From NCBI GenBank assembly GCA_019057475.1, contig DXJO01000026.1, positions 1-58,194 on the forward strand: a stretch of 58,194 bases of DNA, read 5' to 3'. The DNA comes from Candidatus Thorarchaeota archaeon (GTDB lineage: Archaea; Asgardarchaeota; Thorarchaeia; Thorarchaeales; Thorarchaeaceae). Under the pieces are notes generated by a model, which saw nothing but the letters and a program-made list of their open reading frames with translations, made no database searches and had not been told where the DNA came from. A program made the translations under genes and the position numbers. How positions within the stretch are numbered: position 1 is the stretch's first letter; the number at the start of each line of letters is the position of its first letter. This document shows, piece after piece, positions 28,151 to 38,924 of the stretch.

Positions 28151-28323
28151 AGCTCTGATATGTTATCCACGTAATATTAAGTCCCACTGGTCCTGATTCT
28201 TCAATATCGTAAATTGGCGCCAATCGAATGTAATCCGGTTGCAAGCAACACATGGCCCGACAATAAACGTTTTTACTGGCTTTACAGACGAACGGCTCAT
28301 CAACCCGCGGAGTAAACGCTGAA

Positions 28324-31300
28324 ATGGCAGAGGCTGCAGCAAAACCAGTTGTTATAATCGGTGCAGGAATCGCAGGCATGCGGGCCGCACTGGACCTTGC
28401 CGACATGGGTGTCAAGGTATACTTGGTGGAGAGAAAGCCCTCCATCGGAGGTCACATGTCCCAACTGGACAAGACCTTCCCAACGTTAGACTGCAGTATG
28501 TGCATTCAGGGTCCCTGGATGGTGGACTGTGCGCGCAATCACAACATCGAGATTCTTGCCTACTCTGACGTGACGGAGGTCTCCGGCAAGCAGGGTAACT
28601 TCAACGTTAAGGTACTCAAGCACACACGTCGCGTGGATATTGAGAAGTGCACAGGATGCGGCGACTGTCAAAGAGTTTGTCCTATTGAGGTCTTGAACGA
28701 GTATGACGAAGGTCTCAAGATGCGGAAAGCAGCTTACATTCCATTCCCGCAGGCGGTTCCGAATGTTGCAACAATAGACATGGAGAACTGCATCGAGTGC
28801 ATGACCTGTGTCAAGACCTGCAAAGCTGAAGCCATCATCTTCGACATACCTGACGAAACAATCGAGATCAATGCTGGTTCAATCATTGTAGCCACAGGCT
28901 TTGAGCTACTCGATCCGGCAGTGGTACCCGAGTACGGCTATAGTCGCTTTCCTAACGTCGTTTCTGCGCTCGAGTACGAGCGAATGGTTTCAGCAAGCGG
29001 ACCCACCGGAGGAATCGTTATGCGCCCCTCTGACGGACGCGAACCACATAGAATCGCGTTCATCCAGTGTGTGGGGTCTCGTGATGTGAATCATTGTGCC
29101 TATTGCTCTCGGATATGCTGTACCTACGCCACCAAAGAGGCAATCATAACCAAGGAGCACACTCCTGAGGTCCACATTGACATTCTATACAACGACCTTC
29201 GCGCCTTCGGCAAGGGGTTCGAGGAGTTTCTCACAAGAGCAGAAACCGAGTACCAGATCAACTTCGTGAAGGGTCTGCCCAGCGAGATAATCGAGAACGC
29301 TGGAACTGGTGATCTCTTAGTCAAGCACAGTGACGCTAAGGGACATGAGGTTCTGCAAGACAAATACGACCTAGTTGTCCTGTGCCCCGCGATGGTGCCA
29401 TCCAAAAACTCCGAGTTATTTGCCCAGCTTGGAATAGAGGTCGATAAATACGGCTTCATCAAGTCAAAGAAACCTGGTATAGTCAGTTCCGAAACTGGCG
29501 TGCCGGGTGTGTACATGTGCGGCGCTTGTGACAGTCCGAAAGATATTCCTGATTCCGTTGCCCAAGGCAGCGCGGCGGCCTCTCTAGCGGTTCTGGATGT
29601 AATCGTGCCAGATGCTTCCGAGTCGGAGGCATTGACTGGGGAGGATTTGGAGCTCATGGCTGGAGAGCCACGAATAGGAGTCATCATCTGCTCGTGCGGG
29701 ACAAACATCGCTGGCACAGTTGATGTTGCTGCTGTAACGGAATTCGCGAGCAAATTACCTAACGTGGTATATTCCGAGAATCTTCTCTACTCATGCTCAT
29801 CTGACTCTCAGGTCGTCATTATTGATGCAATCAAAGAGCACAAGCTCAACAGGCTTGTTGTGGCTTCATGCACACCAAGAACCCATGAGCCCCTATTTAG
29901 AGCTACAATCGAAGAGGCAGGTCTCAACAAGTATCTGTTCGACCTTGCTAACATCAGAGAACATTGTTCATGGATTCACCAGGGTGCAAAGGATGAAGCA
30001 ACATCCAAGGCAATGGACCTTGTGAGAATGTCGGTTGCTAGATCAGCACTCCTTGAGCCACAAGAAGAGGCATCGACACAAATCGAGCCCTCCGTCCTAG
30101 TTATCGGAGCTGGCGTCGCCGGAATGGCAGCCGCAGACATCATTGCCTGCAAGGGCTTCAGGGTGTACTTGGTTGAGAAGGATAAGGCAGTTGGTGGTCT
30201 TGTCAAGGAGCACCGCACCATCAACTTTGACCACACACCAAGTACTAAGATAATGAAGGAATACGAGTCTAAGATTACTGGCAAAGAGAACATCGAACTG
30301 ATGCTCAACTCCGAGGTCATTGAAGCAATGGGTGCAATCGGCGATTTCGATGTCGTAGTTAAGACCGGGAAGAAAAAACAGAAACTGAAAGTTGGAGTTG
30401 TCATAGTCGCCACTGGTGCTGCTCAGCTCGAAGAGAAGGGTCTCTATGGTCTGCACAAGCTGCCTGAGGTGATGACGGAGCTTGAATTCAACAATCGCCT
30501 CGCTACAGAGGGCGGCTTCAACGACAGAGAAACCTTCGCGGTCATTCACTGTGCAGGGTCGCGTGAGGATGAGACTCTTGATGGCGCAAGAACCTGGTGC
30601 TCCGGTATCTGTTGCACAATCGCTTTGGAGCACACGTTAGAACTTCTTGAGAAGCATCCCAACTCCAAGGTATTCCATCTCTACAGAGACCTGAGAGTGG
30701 CATATGATGGTGAGGACAGGTACCGGGAGGCTCGCAAGAAAGGAGTGGTATTCATTAGGTTTGATAATGACTCACCCCCACAAGTGAAGAAGGGGAAGAA
30801 GGACTCGGGCAAGGCTTTGAGGGTGAACGTTCTCGATCAGGTGCTTGGCGCTGAGCTGCTCTTGGACGTGGATCACGTTGTCCTTGCAACTGCGATGATC
30901 CCACGGACGTCCAACAAGGAGGTTTCAGAGCTCTTCAAGCTCTCTCTCAACATGTCAGGCTTCTTCATGGAAGCGCATCCCAAGCTCAGACCAGTTGACT
31001 TCCAGACTGACGGTATATACGTGGCTGGAACAGCCACAGCACCAAAGACAATACAAGAGTCGATTGTCCAAGGCCAGGGTGCTGCTGGACGGGCATTGAT
31101 TCCACTGATTAGAGGTATCCGAAAGGCAGAGGCTATAGTTTCAGTTGTTGACCCAGAGGTCTGTGTGGGCTGTGGAACTTGCGAAATCAACTGTGTCTAT
31201 AACGCAATAGAGGTGGTTCCTGGAGATGGCAGCCACGATTATGCGGTTTCCAACCCGGTTCTCTGTCAAGGGTGTGGCAAATGTGCCGCAGGATGTCCTG

Positions 31301-31791
31301 CCGGAGCCATCACCATGAAGCACTTCACTGACGATCAGATTCTCTCACAGATTAGAGAAGCCCTCAAGGATGTGCCGGCCAATCAGCCGCGAATTCTTAC
31401 GATAATGTGCAATTGGTGTACTTACGCAGGGGCCGATCAAGCAGGAGTTTCGCGACTGCAGCAACCAACTACCGTGAGGGACATACGTGTGATGTGTACG
31501 GGACGGCTGAGTGTCACTCACATGCTGGAAGCCTTCAGACTAGGGGCAGATATGGTGTGGATATCCGGTTGCCATTTCGGGGATTGCCATTATGTAGATG
31601 GTAATGTCAGCTTCGAGCGCAGATTCGCCATTGCCAAGAAGATAATCGAGAAAGCAGGGCTCGAATCCGAGCGCCTGCAGTTCACTCAGATCAGTGCAAG
31701 TGAAGGTTCTATCTACGCTGAGAAGGTCAAGGAACTCTCAAGAATGGTTGAGAAGATTGGACCAAGTCCACTTAGGCAGAGGAGGCGGTAA
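28324..31791 (+). CDS. hdrA: Large HdrA with two FAD modules, fused to a C-terminal MvhD
   Basis: GAGIAG, QLDKTFPTLDCSMC, CVGSRD..YCSRICC, second GAGVAG / CAGSR module, ferredoxin motifs, C-terminal CNWCTYAGAD..RVMCTGR..GCHFGDCHY. Confidence 0.93.
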   Translation: MAEAAAKPVVIIGAGIAGMRAALDLADMGVKVYLVERKPSIGGHMSQLDKTFPTLDCSMCIQGPWMVDCARNHNIEILAYSDVTEVSGKQGNFNVKVLKHTRRVDIEKCTGCGDCQRVCPIEVLNEYDEGLKMRKAAYIPFPQAVPNVATIDMENCIECMTCVKTCKAEAIIFDIPDETIEINAGSIIVATGFELLDPAVVPEYGYSRFPNVVSALEYERMVSASGPTGGIVMRPSDGREPHRIAFIQCVGSRDVNHCAYCSRICCTYATKEAIITKEHTPEVHIDILYNDLRAFGKGFEEFLTRAETEYQINFVKGLPSEIIENAGTGDLLVKHSDAKGHEVLQDKYDLVVLCPAMVPSKNSELFAQLGIEVDKYGFIKSKKPGIVSSETGVPGVYMCGACDSPKDIPDSVAQGSAAASLAVLDVIVPDASESEALTGEDLELMAGEPRIGVIICSCGTNIAGTVDVAAVTEFASKLPNVVYSENLLYSCSSDSQVVIIDAIKEHKLNRLVVASCTPRTHEPLFRATIEEAGLNKYLFDLANIREHCSWIHQGAKDEATSKAMDLVRMSVARSALLEPQEEASTQIEPSVLVIGAGVAGMAAADIIACKGFRVYLVEKDKAVGGLVKEHRTINFDHTPSTKIMKEYESKITGKENIELMLNSEVIEAMGAIGDFDVVVKTGKKKQKLKVGVVIVATGAAQLEEKGLYGLHKLPEVMTELEFNNRLATEGGFNDRETFAVIHCAGSREDETLDGARTWCSGICCTIALEHTLELLEKHPNSKVFHLYRDLRVAYDGEDRYREARKKGVVFIRFDNDSPPQVKKGKKDSGKALRVNVLDQVLGAELLLDVDHVVLATAMIPRTSNKEVSELFKLSLNMSGFFMEAHPKLRPVDFQTDGIYVAGTATAPKTIQESIVQGQGAAGRALIPLIRGIRKAEAIVSVVDPEVCVGCGTCEINCVYNAIEVVPGDGSHDYAVSNPVLCQGCGKCAAGCPAGAITMKHFTDDQILSQIREALKDVPANQPRILTIMCNWCTYAGADQAGVSRLQQPTTVRDIRVMCTGRLSVTHMLEAFRLGADMVWISGCHFGDCHYVDGNVSFERRFAIAKKIIEKAGLESERLQFTQISASEGSIYAEKVKELSRMVEKIGPSPLRQRRR

Positions 31792-31794
31792 GAC

Positions 31795-32313
31795 ATGACC
31801 GAGTCGTGGGGACAGTTCAAATCGTTTGAAGGCAAGAAATTCAAAGCCTTGGATTCGGAGTTCACAGCGAAGGTCAGCAAGCTCATTGGCGGTGAAGATC
31901 TCACTGCGTGCTTCCAGTGCGCCAAGTGCAGTGCAGGTTGTCCTGTTTCTGATAAGGTGAACATTCAGATTCATGAAGTAATGAGGATGCTCGTCTTCGG
32001 CCTGAAAGAGGTGCTCCAGACTGATATGGTCTGGCTTTGCACTACCTGCTATACGTGCCAAGAGCGGTGTCCTCAGGGCATTGACATCACTGACATTCTG
32101 TTTGGACTCAAGAATATGGCGTACAAAAGGGGCATAACTCCGTCAGGCTATGTGACCTCCGCCAAAGCTCTCTACGATATCGGGAAACTGTATAGCCCAA
32201 CAGAATGGGAGCGCGAGGACTTGGGTCTTGACGATGTTCCCGAGCTAGACGTTTCAGAAACCAAGAAGATGCTGGACAAGACCAAGCTGCTCAAGCTACA
32301 GGAGGGTATGTGA
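31795..32313 (+). CDS. hdrC: Heterodisulfide reductase subunit C (copy 3)
   Basis: CFQCAKCSAGCP, WLCTTCYTCQERCP. Confidence 0.9.
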   Translation: MTESWGQFKSFEGKKFKALDSEFTAKVSKLIGGEDLTACFQCAKCSAGCPVSDKVNIQIHEVMRMLVFGLKEVLQTDMVWLCTTCYTCQERCPQGIDITDILFGLKNMAYKRGITPSGYVTSAKALYDIGKLYSPTEWEREDLGLDDVPELDVSETKKMLDKTKLLKLQEGM

Positions 32314-32314
32314 G

Positions 32315-33187
32315 ATGACTCAGAGTTACGAAGTTTTCCTTGGATGTGCCATACCGAGCCGTTTCAACAACTACGAGTCCTCCATGCGTGTAGTAGCAAA
32401 GGAGTTAGGTATCGAGCTCATCGACTTCGACGGTGCCTCTTGTTGTGGCACAGTCGTCTTGAAGTCTATCGATGAGCACAGCTGGCTGTCAATGTCAGGC
32501 AGGAATCTGGCTCTTGCAGAACAGCGCGGACACGACATAGTGACTCCATGCAACGGGTGTTTCGGCTCTCTGAAAGATACTGCTCATGTTCTTCATGACA
32601 AGAAACAGCGCAAAGCAGTCAACAAAGTGTTGTCCAGTCTTGGACTCGAGTACACTGGTAAGGTCAAGATACGTCATTTCGCGGAAGTACTGTATGATCT
32701 GAAGGATGAGATTGCAAAGAAGATAGTCAAGCCCTTGGATGGGCTGAAGGTTGCGTTCCATCCTGGGTGTCACCTCATTCGCCCGTCGAATGTCGCAGGC
32801 TTTGATGACCCGGAACTTCCGAACAAGGTTGACGAGCTTCTGGAACTCACCGGCGCAAAGAGTGTCCCTTGGGGACTGAAGCTGAAGTGTTGCGGTTCAC
32901 CTCTGCTAATAGCAAGCGAGGATGTTGCGACAGAAATTCTGAGGGAGAAGATGAAGTCTGCGAAGGAGGCAGGAGCCAACTGTGTTGTCACCAACTGTCC
33001 AGCCTGTCACACCCAGTTTGATGTGCAGGCGATTGGTCTCAAGGACGAGAATGATGAATCGTTGGAGCTACCCGCTCTATTCATTACTCAAATCTTGGGG
33101 GCAGCAATGGGCCTAGACTCTGAGCAGATCGGCTTCGAACTCAACCGGGTGTCCCTTGATCCAATCAATGATATCCTGGGCCTGTAG
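32315..33187 (+). CDS. hdrB: Heterodisulfide reductase subunit B (copy 3)
   Basis: FLGC, SCCG, CNGC, HPGCH, CCG, CPACHTQFD. Confidence 0.9.
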   Translation: MTQSYEVFLGCAIPSRFNNYESSMRVVAKELGIELIDFDGASCCGTVVLKSIDEHSWLSMSGRNLALAEQRGHDIVTPCNGCFGSLKDTAHVLHDKKQRKAVNKVLSSLGLEYTGKVKIRHFAEVLYDLKDEIAKKIVKPLDGLKVAFHPGCHLIRPSNVAGFDDPELPNKVDELLELTGAKSVPWGLKLKCCGSPLLIASEDVATEILREKMKSAKEAGANCVVTNCPACHTQFDVQAIGLKDENDESLELPALFITQILGAAMGLDSEQIGFELNRVSLDPINDILGL

Positions 33188-33206
33188 AACATCATAACAT
33201 TCGCCT

Positions 33207-34373
33207 TCAGATGTAACGCTTCATCAGTTCGCTCACAATGTGATCAATACTCTCAGCAGTGACACCATACGATTTGTAGATTTCCCGTACGCGTTTCATC
33301 TTCTGTGTATCTTTCATATCCCTTAGTGTGGAAAAGACTCCGATTCTACGGCCTATCTGATACAGACGCTGTTTCTCAGGTTTCATGGACAGGAATGCCC
33401 GCAATGGTTCGAGCATCCTCTCTTTGTCTTCGGGGAGAGTTCCTTCCACTTCTGAGAAGAGGTTCAGTATATGGTCGCTCTTGACAACACTTGTGATTCC
33501 TTTCAAGTTCTCAATCAGCGTAAGGAGTTCACCTGCTACCATCACGTCTGTGCATCTCTCAAAGCGTCCTTCCATGAGGTCCTTCGAGAGTGGTGCGACG
33601 ATTGGAATTGCCAGCTGTCTGAGCCGTATGAAGTCCGGATTGATTTGATTCAGTGCGTCCGCAGTTTCTAGTGCATGTTCTTCTGATAATCGTACTCCCC
33701 CAAGACCTGGCATAACGTATTCTGAGAGCTCCAATCCTACTCTCTTAGCTTTCAGGCCTGCGCTAACGTGAATGGCCTTAGTCGCCCCTTTCTTGGCCAT
33801 CTTCAATACGTTGTCAGAACCGGACTCGAGACCTACATGGACTCTATCCAAACCTGCTTCTCTTATCGCCTTCAAGTCCTCTTCATCTATCCTCGCTAAT
33901 GTGCTTGAACGAGAATAGGATGTCACACGATTAACGAAAGGAAAGCGGGTTCTAATGTGCTTCAGAATCTCAATCAATTCCGAGGGCCGCACTGTCAGAC
34001 TGTCTGCATCCTGCAGAAAAATGGAACTCATTCCAGCTCTGAACCATCTGAAGGCGCTATCAAATACCGCCCATTCCCCTGGTTCAAGATTATCAGTTGC
34101 ATTCCTGACTTGCGCTATTGGTGAGCCATCGTGCTCATCGGCAATCCCTTGGAGGATTTCCACACATCTGTAGACTGAGTCAATGTCCTTCTTCACATGG
34201 TCTACTGAACGTTTCGAATACCGTGCCCCCTTGTATACTGGGCAGAAGGTGCAGCGATTCCACGGGCAGTTCCTAGTCACACGCAGGAGGAGGCTATGCG
34301 CCTCGTTTGGGGGCCGTATGGGGCCCTGTTCGAAACCAAAATAAGAGTGACCACGTGGTGGAGTTTCTGTCAC
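33207..34373 (-). CDS. Radical SAM protein of unknown function
   Basis: GPIRPP.EA.SLLLRVT, CPWNRCTFC, FLQDAD, GLESG. Confidence 0.85.
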   Translation of the reverse strand: MTETPPRGHSYFGFEQGPIRPPNEAHSLLLRVTRNCPWNRCTFCPVYKGARYSKRSVDHVKKDIDSVYRCVEILQGIADEHDGSPIAQVRNATDNLEPGEWAVFDSAFRWFRAGMSSIFLQDADSLTVRPSELIEILKHIRTRFPFVNRVTSYSRSSTLARIDEEDLKAIREAGLDRVHVGLESGSDNVLKMAKKGATKAIHVSAGLKAKRVGLELSEYVMPGLGGVRLSEEHALETADALNQINPDFIRLRQLAIPIVAPLSKDLMEGRFERCTDVMVAGELLTLIENLKGITSVVKSDHILNLFSEVEGTLPEDKERMLEPLRAFLSMKPEKQRLYQIGRRIGVFSTLRDMKDTQKMKRVREIYKSYGVTAESIDHIVSELMKRYI

Positions 34374-34455
34374 GGCCTAACAACTCGTTTTCCATTCAAG
34401 TTCGCAGGCCATTTCAGGACTACACCACGCGGGTGCATGTTGCCACATTCCGAAT

Positions 34456-35799
34456 TCACAGATTCTTGATGATCTCGTCTCCAAATGCGCTCGTAGAGAT
34501 TGGCTCCACTGTTGGTTTCAGTTGCCGCGCGATATCGTAAGTGACATTCTTTGACTCGACCGCCTTGGAAACTGCGGTCTTGATCATCTCAGATGCCTCG
34601 TTCCATCCCATGTGTTCCAGCAGAAGACATGCAGACAAGGTGATAGAACCTGGGTTGATTCGGTTCTTTCCGGCATGCTTCGGAGCGGTTCCATGGGTCG
34701 CCTCGGCGAAGAAGATATCATTGCTGAGGTTTGCACCTGGCGCAAACCCGAGTCCGCCAACTTGAGCAGCCAATTGGTCTGAGAGATAGTCACCATTGAG
34801 GTTAGGCAGCGCTACGACCTCATACTCACGAGGTCTTAGAAGCACTTGTTGGAACATCGCATCCATTATGCGATCGTTTACAAGGATCTTTCCGTCGGCG
34901 TAAGCCTTCTCTCTATCGCCACCGTACTTGTCGTTCAGTTCCTTTTCCGTAACGATTTGGTCTCTGAACTCTTCGATGGCAACTTCATAACCCCAGTTTC
35001 TGAACTGACCCTCTGTAGCTTTCATGATGTTGCCCTTATGACAAAGGGTCACTACACGCCTTTTCTTGTCAATCGCATACTGGATTGCTTTCCTGACCAG
35101 TCGCTTGGTGTTCTCGGGGGACATTGGTTTCACAGAGATGCCTGCAGAGTATCGCAAGCTATCGGAGTCTGCTGGCACATTCCATTCAGTCCTAAGGAAA
35201 TCTATGAGCTTCTGTGTTCTCTTAGTTCCCGGATAGCCCTCTATGCCTGCGTATATGTCCTCTATGTTCTCTCTGAAAATTACCATATCTATTGCATCGG
35301 GATCTTTGACCGGAGCCGGGACACCTTTGATGTGCCACACCGGTCTAAGACAGACAAACAGGCCCAAGGACTTGCGGATGCCGACGTTTATCGAGGAGAA
35401 GCCCTCACCTATGGGGGTTGTGCATGGCCCCTTGATTGCCAAATGGTAGTCCCGAACGACCTTCAGCGTGTCATCGGGCAAATAGGCCATTCTCTGCTCG
35501 TCAGGGCTGAGTGCCTTAAGATCCTCATCCGTGACATCAGGGGAATAGAGCTCTCTCGCCTTATCTCCGGCAAAGATTTCGAACCATTCGAACTTCCGTT
35601 TCCCGTTGTATGCCTTCTCTACTGCGGCGTCTACGATTTTCATCATTACCTTACTAATCTCAGGGCCAATGCCGTCCCCCTCAACCCAACAGACTATGGG
35701 GTTATCGGGAATATTCCATTGACCATCCTTGATTGTAACTTTTTCTCCCTTTGTGGGGGGAACTAGTTTCTCGTACTTTGTCATTATATTCACACTCAT
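34456..35799 (-). CDS. icd: Isocitrate dehydrogenase (NADP-type, homodimeric family)
   Basis: EGDGIGPEI, IKGP.TTP.G.G..S.NV..R, FRENIEDIY.GIE, HKGNIMK.TEG, NLNGDYLSD, EATHGTAPK. Confidence 0.95.
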   Translation of the reverse strand: MSVNIMTKYEKLVPPTKGEKVTIKDGQWNIPDNPIVCWVEGDGIGPEISKVMMKIVDAAVEKAYNGKRKFEWFEIFAGDKARELYSPDVTDEDLKALSPDEQRMAYLPDDTLKVVRDYHLAIKGPCTTPIGEGFSSINVGIRKSLGLFVCLRPVWHIKGVPAPVKDPDAIDMVIFRENIEDIYAGIEGYPGTKRTQKLIDFLRTEWNVPADSDSLRYSAGISVKPMSPENTKRLVRKAIQYAIDKKRRVVTLCHKGNIMKATEGQFRNWGYEVAIEEFRDQIVTEKELNDKYGGDREKAYADGKILVNDRIMDAMFQQVLLRPREYEVVALPNLNGDYLSDQLAAQVGGLGFAPGANLSNDIFFAEATHGTAPKHAGKNRINPGSITLSACLLLEHMGWNEASEMIKTAVSKAVESKNVTYDIARQLKPTVEPISTSAFGDEIIKNL

Positions 35800-37638
35800 T
35801 CATTTTGAAGCGTATAGTATTTCATCCCACGGCTGTCGATACAGTGCAGCACGTTGGCGTTTTTGGTCGAATATGTGCCCCATCATCCCGATTGATCTCC
35901 CAAGCACAAAGAGCCCATTCAAGACCTCTGTGTCCAAGACATCTTGCTTTTCTTCAGGTGTTAGGTCAATATTCTCCATCAGGTCAAGGAAACAGATTCC
36001 AATGCAACCATCCACATTGAGAATCAGGTTATTCCTCTTTTGTGTGGTCAGCTTCTCGACCTCAAGAGCATAGTCCAAGTATGGGTGCTTCGGGAAGTTC
36101 TCATTTACGAACTTTTTCAGAAGCGTAACGCGGATATCCGGATTCTGAACGGACTTGATTCTATGACCAATTCCTGGGATGTTTATCCCTACAACGTCCT
36201 TCATGTAGTTAATGAAGTCCGGTGGATGCTTTCCGGAATCCAGAGCCATTTTGAAATACTTGGCAGCATCGGAGATGGCACCGCCGAATCTTGGGCCTAT
36301 CGTCAATATACCACTGGCCAGTGAGGCCATCAAATCCTTTCCGGCTCGCGCAGTCACAATGGCGTTGTGAGCGCCTGATACGGCTGGCCCGTGGTCCGCA
36401 GTTAACTTCAGCACTAGTTCGATGTACTTTGCGGCAAACGGAGGCAACTCCTTCTTTAGCCAGAGCAGCCCAATCACGTATCCAAGAGAGAGCTCTTCAC
36501 TGATTATCTTGTCAATCGGAACTCCATTGTACGTGAGGATGTCACCCCTCTCGTTAGAAATGGTGACTACTACGTCTGTCGGTCTTCGAACAATCCCTTG
36601 AGCTGCAGCTTTGCCATAGTCCTGAGGAATCTGTGGGGGTTCAAAGTCATCCAAGGGTTCTATCTTCCCTTCGGCCTTCAATTTCTCAAAGGTTTCACGT
36701 ATCTTGTCACCGAAAGTGTCGTATGATTCGGGGACAATAACACCCACTTCAGCTAGCGCTTTGTTCTTTGCATCTGCTGTTTCCATGTCACTTCCAGCCA
36801 TTGCACCAGCGTGACCGAATTGAACACCTGCTGGAAATATCTTGGAAGAGGTACCTGTCACCCACATCACGAGAGGTTTCTTGACACGACCATCTTTCAC
36901 GGCCTCCACAATCGAGTACTCGTCCATCCCTCCGATCTCGCCTAAACAAACAATCAGCTTCACCTCTGGATTGGCTTCATATCGAAGGATGTGGTCGATG
37001 AGCAAAGATCCAGCGTACCGATCTCCGCCAATTGCAATGCCCTCTAGTATTCCGTCGGTGTTTTGAGATATCATGAAGTTCATTTCATTGCTCATACCGC
37101 CGGACTTGGATACAAAGCCCACGCTGCCTGGTCGATAGAGCTTTGACTTGACGATATTCTCTATGGTGCCTGCTGTATTGGCAATCTTGAAGGCGCCTGC
37201 TCGAATTCCACCAACAGTGGCCGGTCCGATGATTATCTTATTCTTCTCTTTTGCAAGCTTGATGAGCTCACGGCTTTGTCGCTCCGGTATTCCTTCAGCA
37301 ATTATGACCAAGACCCGAATGCTCTCAGTTTCCAAAGCCTCTTTCGATGTTGGGTAAGATGATCGGAACGATGAGAAGTTGATTAGGACGTCTGCCGTAG
37401 TATGATTCTTTGCGGCAAGCTCCAGCTTCTTGTAGATAGGTATAACAATCTCCTTGCCACCCCAGAAAACCTTGTGGTATCCGATTGCCCCTGCTTGAGT
37501 GGGCCGGATTATCGCAGCAACACTGGGCGTTTTCCGCTTGCTGACAAAGTCAAAGTCCAGCATTCGCTGGATTGCGTTTCGCTGGAATCCATAAACAATC
37601 GCTTGGGAATCTCTATTGAATAATTCATAGTCTTCCAT
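35800..37638 (-). CDS. aclA: ATP citrate lyase alpha subunit
   Basis: QRMLDFD, IIGPATVGG, SKSGGMSNE, QFGHAGA (phospho-His), ADHGPAVSGAHN, PGIGHRIKS, LNVDG. Confidence 0.95.
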   Translation of the reverse strand: MEDYELFNRDSQAIVYGFQRNAIQRMLDFDFVSKRKTPSVAAIIRPTQAGAIGYHKVFWGGKEIVIPIYKKLELAAKNHTTADVLINFSSFRSSYPTSKEALETESIRVLVIIAEGIPERQSRELIKLAKEKNKIIIGPATVGGIRAGAFKIANTAGTIENIVKSKLYRPGSVGFVSKSGGMSNEMNFMISQNTDGILEGIAIGGDRYAGSLLIDHILRYEANPEVKLIVCLGEIGGMDEYSIVEAVKDGRVKKPLVMWVTGTSSKIFPAGVQFGHAGAMAGSDMETADAKNKALAEVGVIVPESYDTFGDKIRETFEKLKAEGKIEPLDDFEPPQIPQDYGKAAAQGIVRRPTDVVVTISNERGDILTYNGVPIDKIISEELSLGYVIGLLWLKKELPPFAAKYIELVLKLTADHGPAVSGAHNAIVTARAGKDLMASLASGILTIGPRFGGAISDAAKYFKMALDSGKHPPDFINYMKDVVGINIPGIGHRIKSVQNPDIRVTLLKKFVNENFPKHPYLDYALEVEKLTTQKRNNLILNVDGCIGICFLDLMENIDLTPEEKQDVLDTEVLNGLFVLGRSIGMMGHIFDQKRQRAALYRQPWDEILYASK

Positions 37639-37645
37639 TCTTGCG

Positions 37646-38923
37646 TCACTCCTTCAGGGCCAAAGGTACGATTCGGGTCATTGGAGTGTATCTGTCGTAC
37701 ACTTCAATGGGAATGCCCATTTCTTCTCCGACATCTTTCATAAGCTTCAGGCCCTCCTTCTCATTGGGCCCTCCACGGCGTACATAGATCTTCACGTTTG
37801 CTTTCTTTAACTTGTCAACTGATTTTCTCAGAGCGCTCACAATCCCTGTGAAAGTGGCCTTCACATCTGTGAAGTTAGCGATTCCGCCACCGATCAGGAG
37901 GATTTTCGGGCGCCCCTTTGGATCCGGCTTCTCCGTCATGAGATCGATAAGCGTCTGGGCGTACAACTCTGTGTGTTCGCGGCTGGGGTTCCCACTGTAC
38001 TCTCCGTAGTTCGCGAGTTCAGCACCGAATCCTAGGTCCACGATGGTATCGGCGTAGACAACGCTTGCACCACCTCCGGCGACCATAGTCCAAATTCGTT
38101 GGTCGCGATTGAGAATCGTCAACTTCAATGAAGAACCTGTTTGTTCGTCGATGCTTCTGATGTATTCTTCCTCTTTAGAGAACTTCTGACCGAATGAAAC
38201 TGGGAACTTGATTGGGTTATCGTAGTTGCCCCACGTGTCGGAATGCTTGAACGACGCTGTATCATCAAGACGAGCTTTGAGGTCCAGAGGAACTACCAAT
38301 TTGTCTTCAGTGACAGCGAAAGGATTGATTTCCATGAACGCGAAATCCTGGTCAATGTAGACCTGCAGTAACCCCTTGACAAAGGAAACAACAACATCTC
38401 CCAGCTCCCCAAGGTCTGGCAACTTCTCGGCCAGATTGAATGCATTGATGTCAGTCCCGATGGGTATCGGAATGTGCGACACCTTATCCCAGTTCTCCTC
38501 AACGAAAATACCTCCTTCCAACGAGAAATGGATTATGTCATTTTCGCGGTCTGACGTGATGGAAACATAGAACTCCTTGTCATGTGGAATGAACGGCTCG
38601 ACTAGGAACCTATTCAGAGTCCCTTTTGTTTCACCAACAACCATCTCCTTGCCCATCTTTTCTTTGATGAACGACTTTAGGTCGGCCAAGCTCGCATCGA
38701 GCAGTAGTAGATTCGCCTTGCCTCTCTTTCCGAATAGCTGGTCTGGTTTTGCAGCCAGTTTGTCAGTTTTCAACCACGGATTTTCTTTCACAAGCTCCTC
38801 CCATTTGGTTTCAGGAGTTATTACGGCTAGCTTCCCGTGGTAGTTGAACTCGGGGAAGTATTTCACCAGTTCTTCAGCAATCAGTTTCTTTGCTGAATAT
38901 TCATTAATTGATTTTTGTGCCAA
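37646..38923 (-). CDS. aclB: ATP citrate lyase beta subunit
   Basis: KPDQLFGKRGK, IWTMVAGGGASVVYADT, NYGEYSG.P, GGGIANFTDV..TF, RRGGPN. Confidence 0.95.
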   Translation of the reverse strand: MAQKSINEYSAKKLIAEELVKYFPEFNYHGKLAVITPETKWEELVKENPWLKTDKLAAKPDQLFGKRGKANLLLLDASLADLKSFIKEKMGKEMVVGETKGTLNRFLVEPFIPHDKEFYVSITSDRENDIIHFSLEGGIFVEENWDKVSHIPIPIGTDINAFNLAEKLPDLGELGDVVVSFVKGLLQVYIDQDFAFMEINPFAVTEDKLVVPLDLKARLDDTASFKHSDTWGNYDNPIKFPVSFGQKFSKEEEYIRSIDEQTGSSLKLTILNRDQRIWTMVAGGGASVVYADTIVDLGFGAELANYGEYSGNPSREHTELYAQTLIDLMTEKPDPKGRPKILLIGGGIANFTDVKATFTGIVSALRKSVDKLKKANVKIYVRRGGPNEKEGLKLMKDVGEEMGIPIEVYDRYTPMTRIVPLALKE

Positions 38924-38924
38924 T

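Noticed and set aside
34846-35766. Long antisense ORFs (306 aa here; also 21269-21961, 29124-29753, 53520-54302)
   Set aside because: They are shadows of well-supported genes on the opposite strand and have no recognisable motifs.
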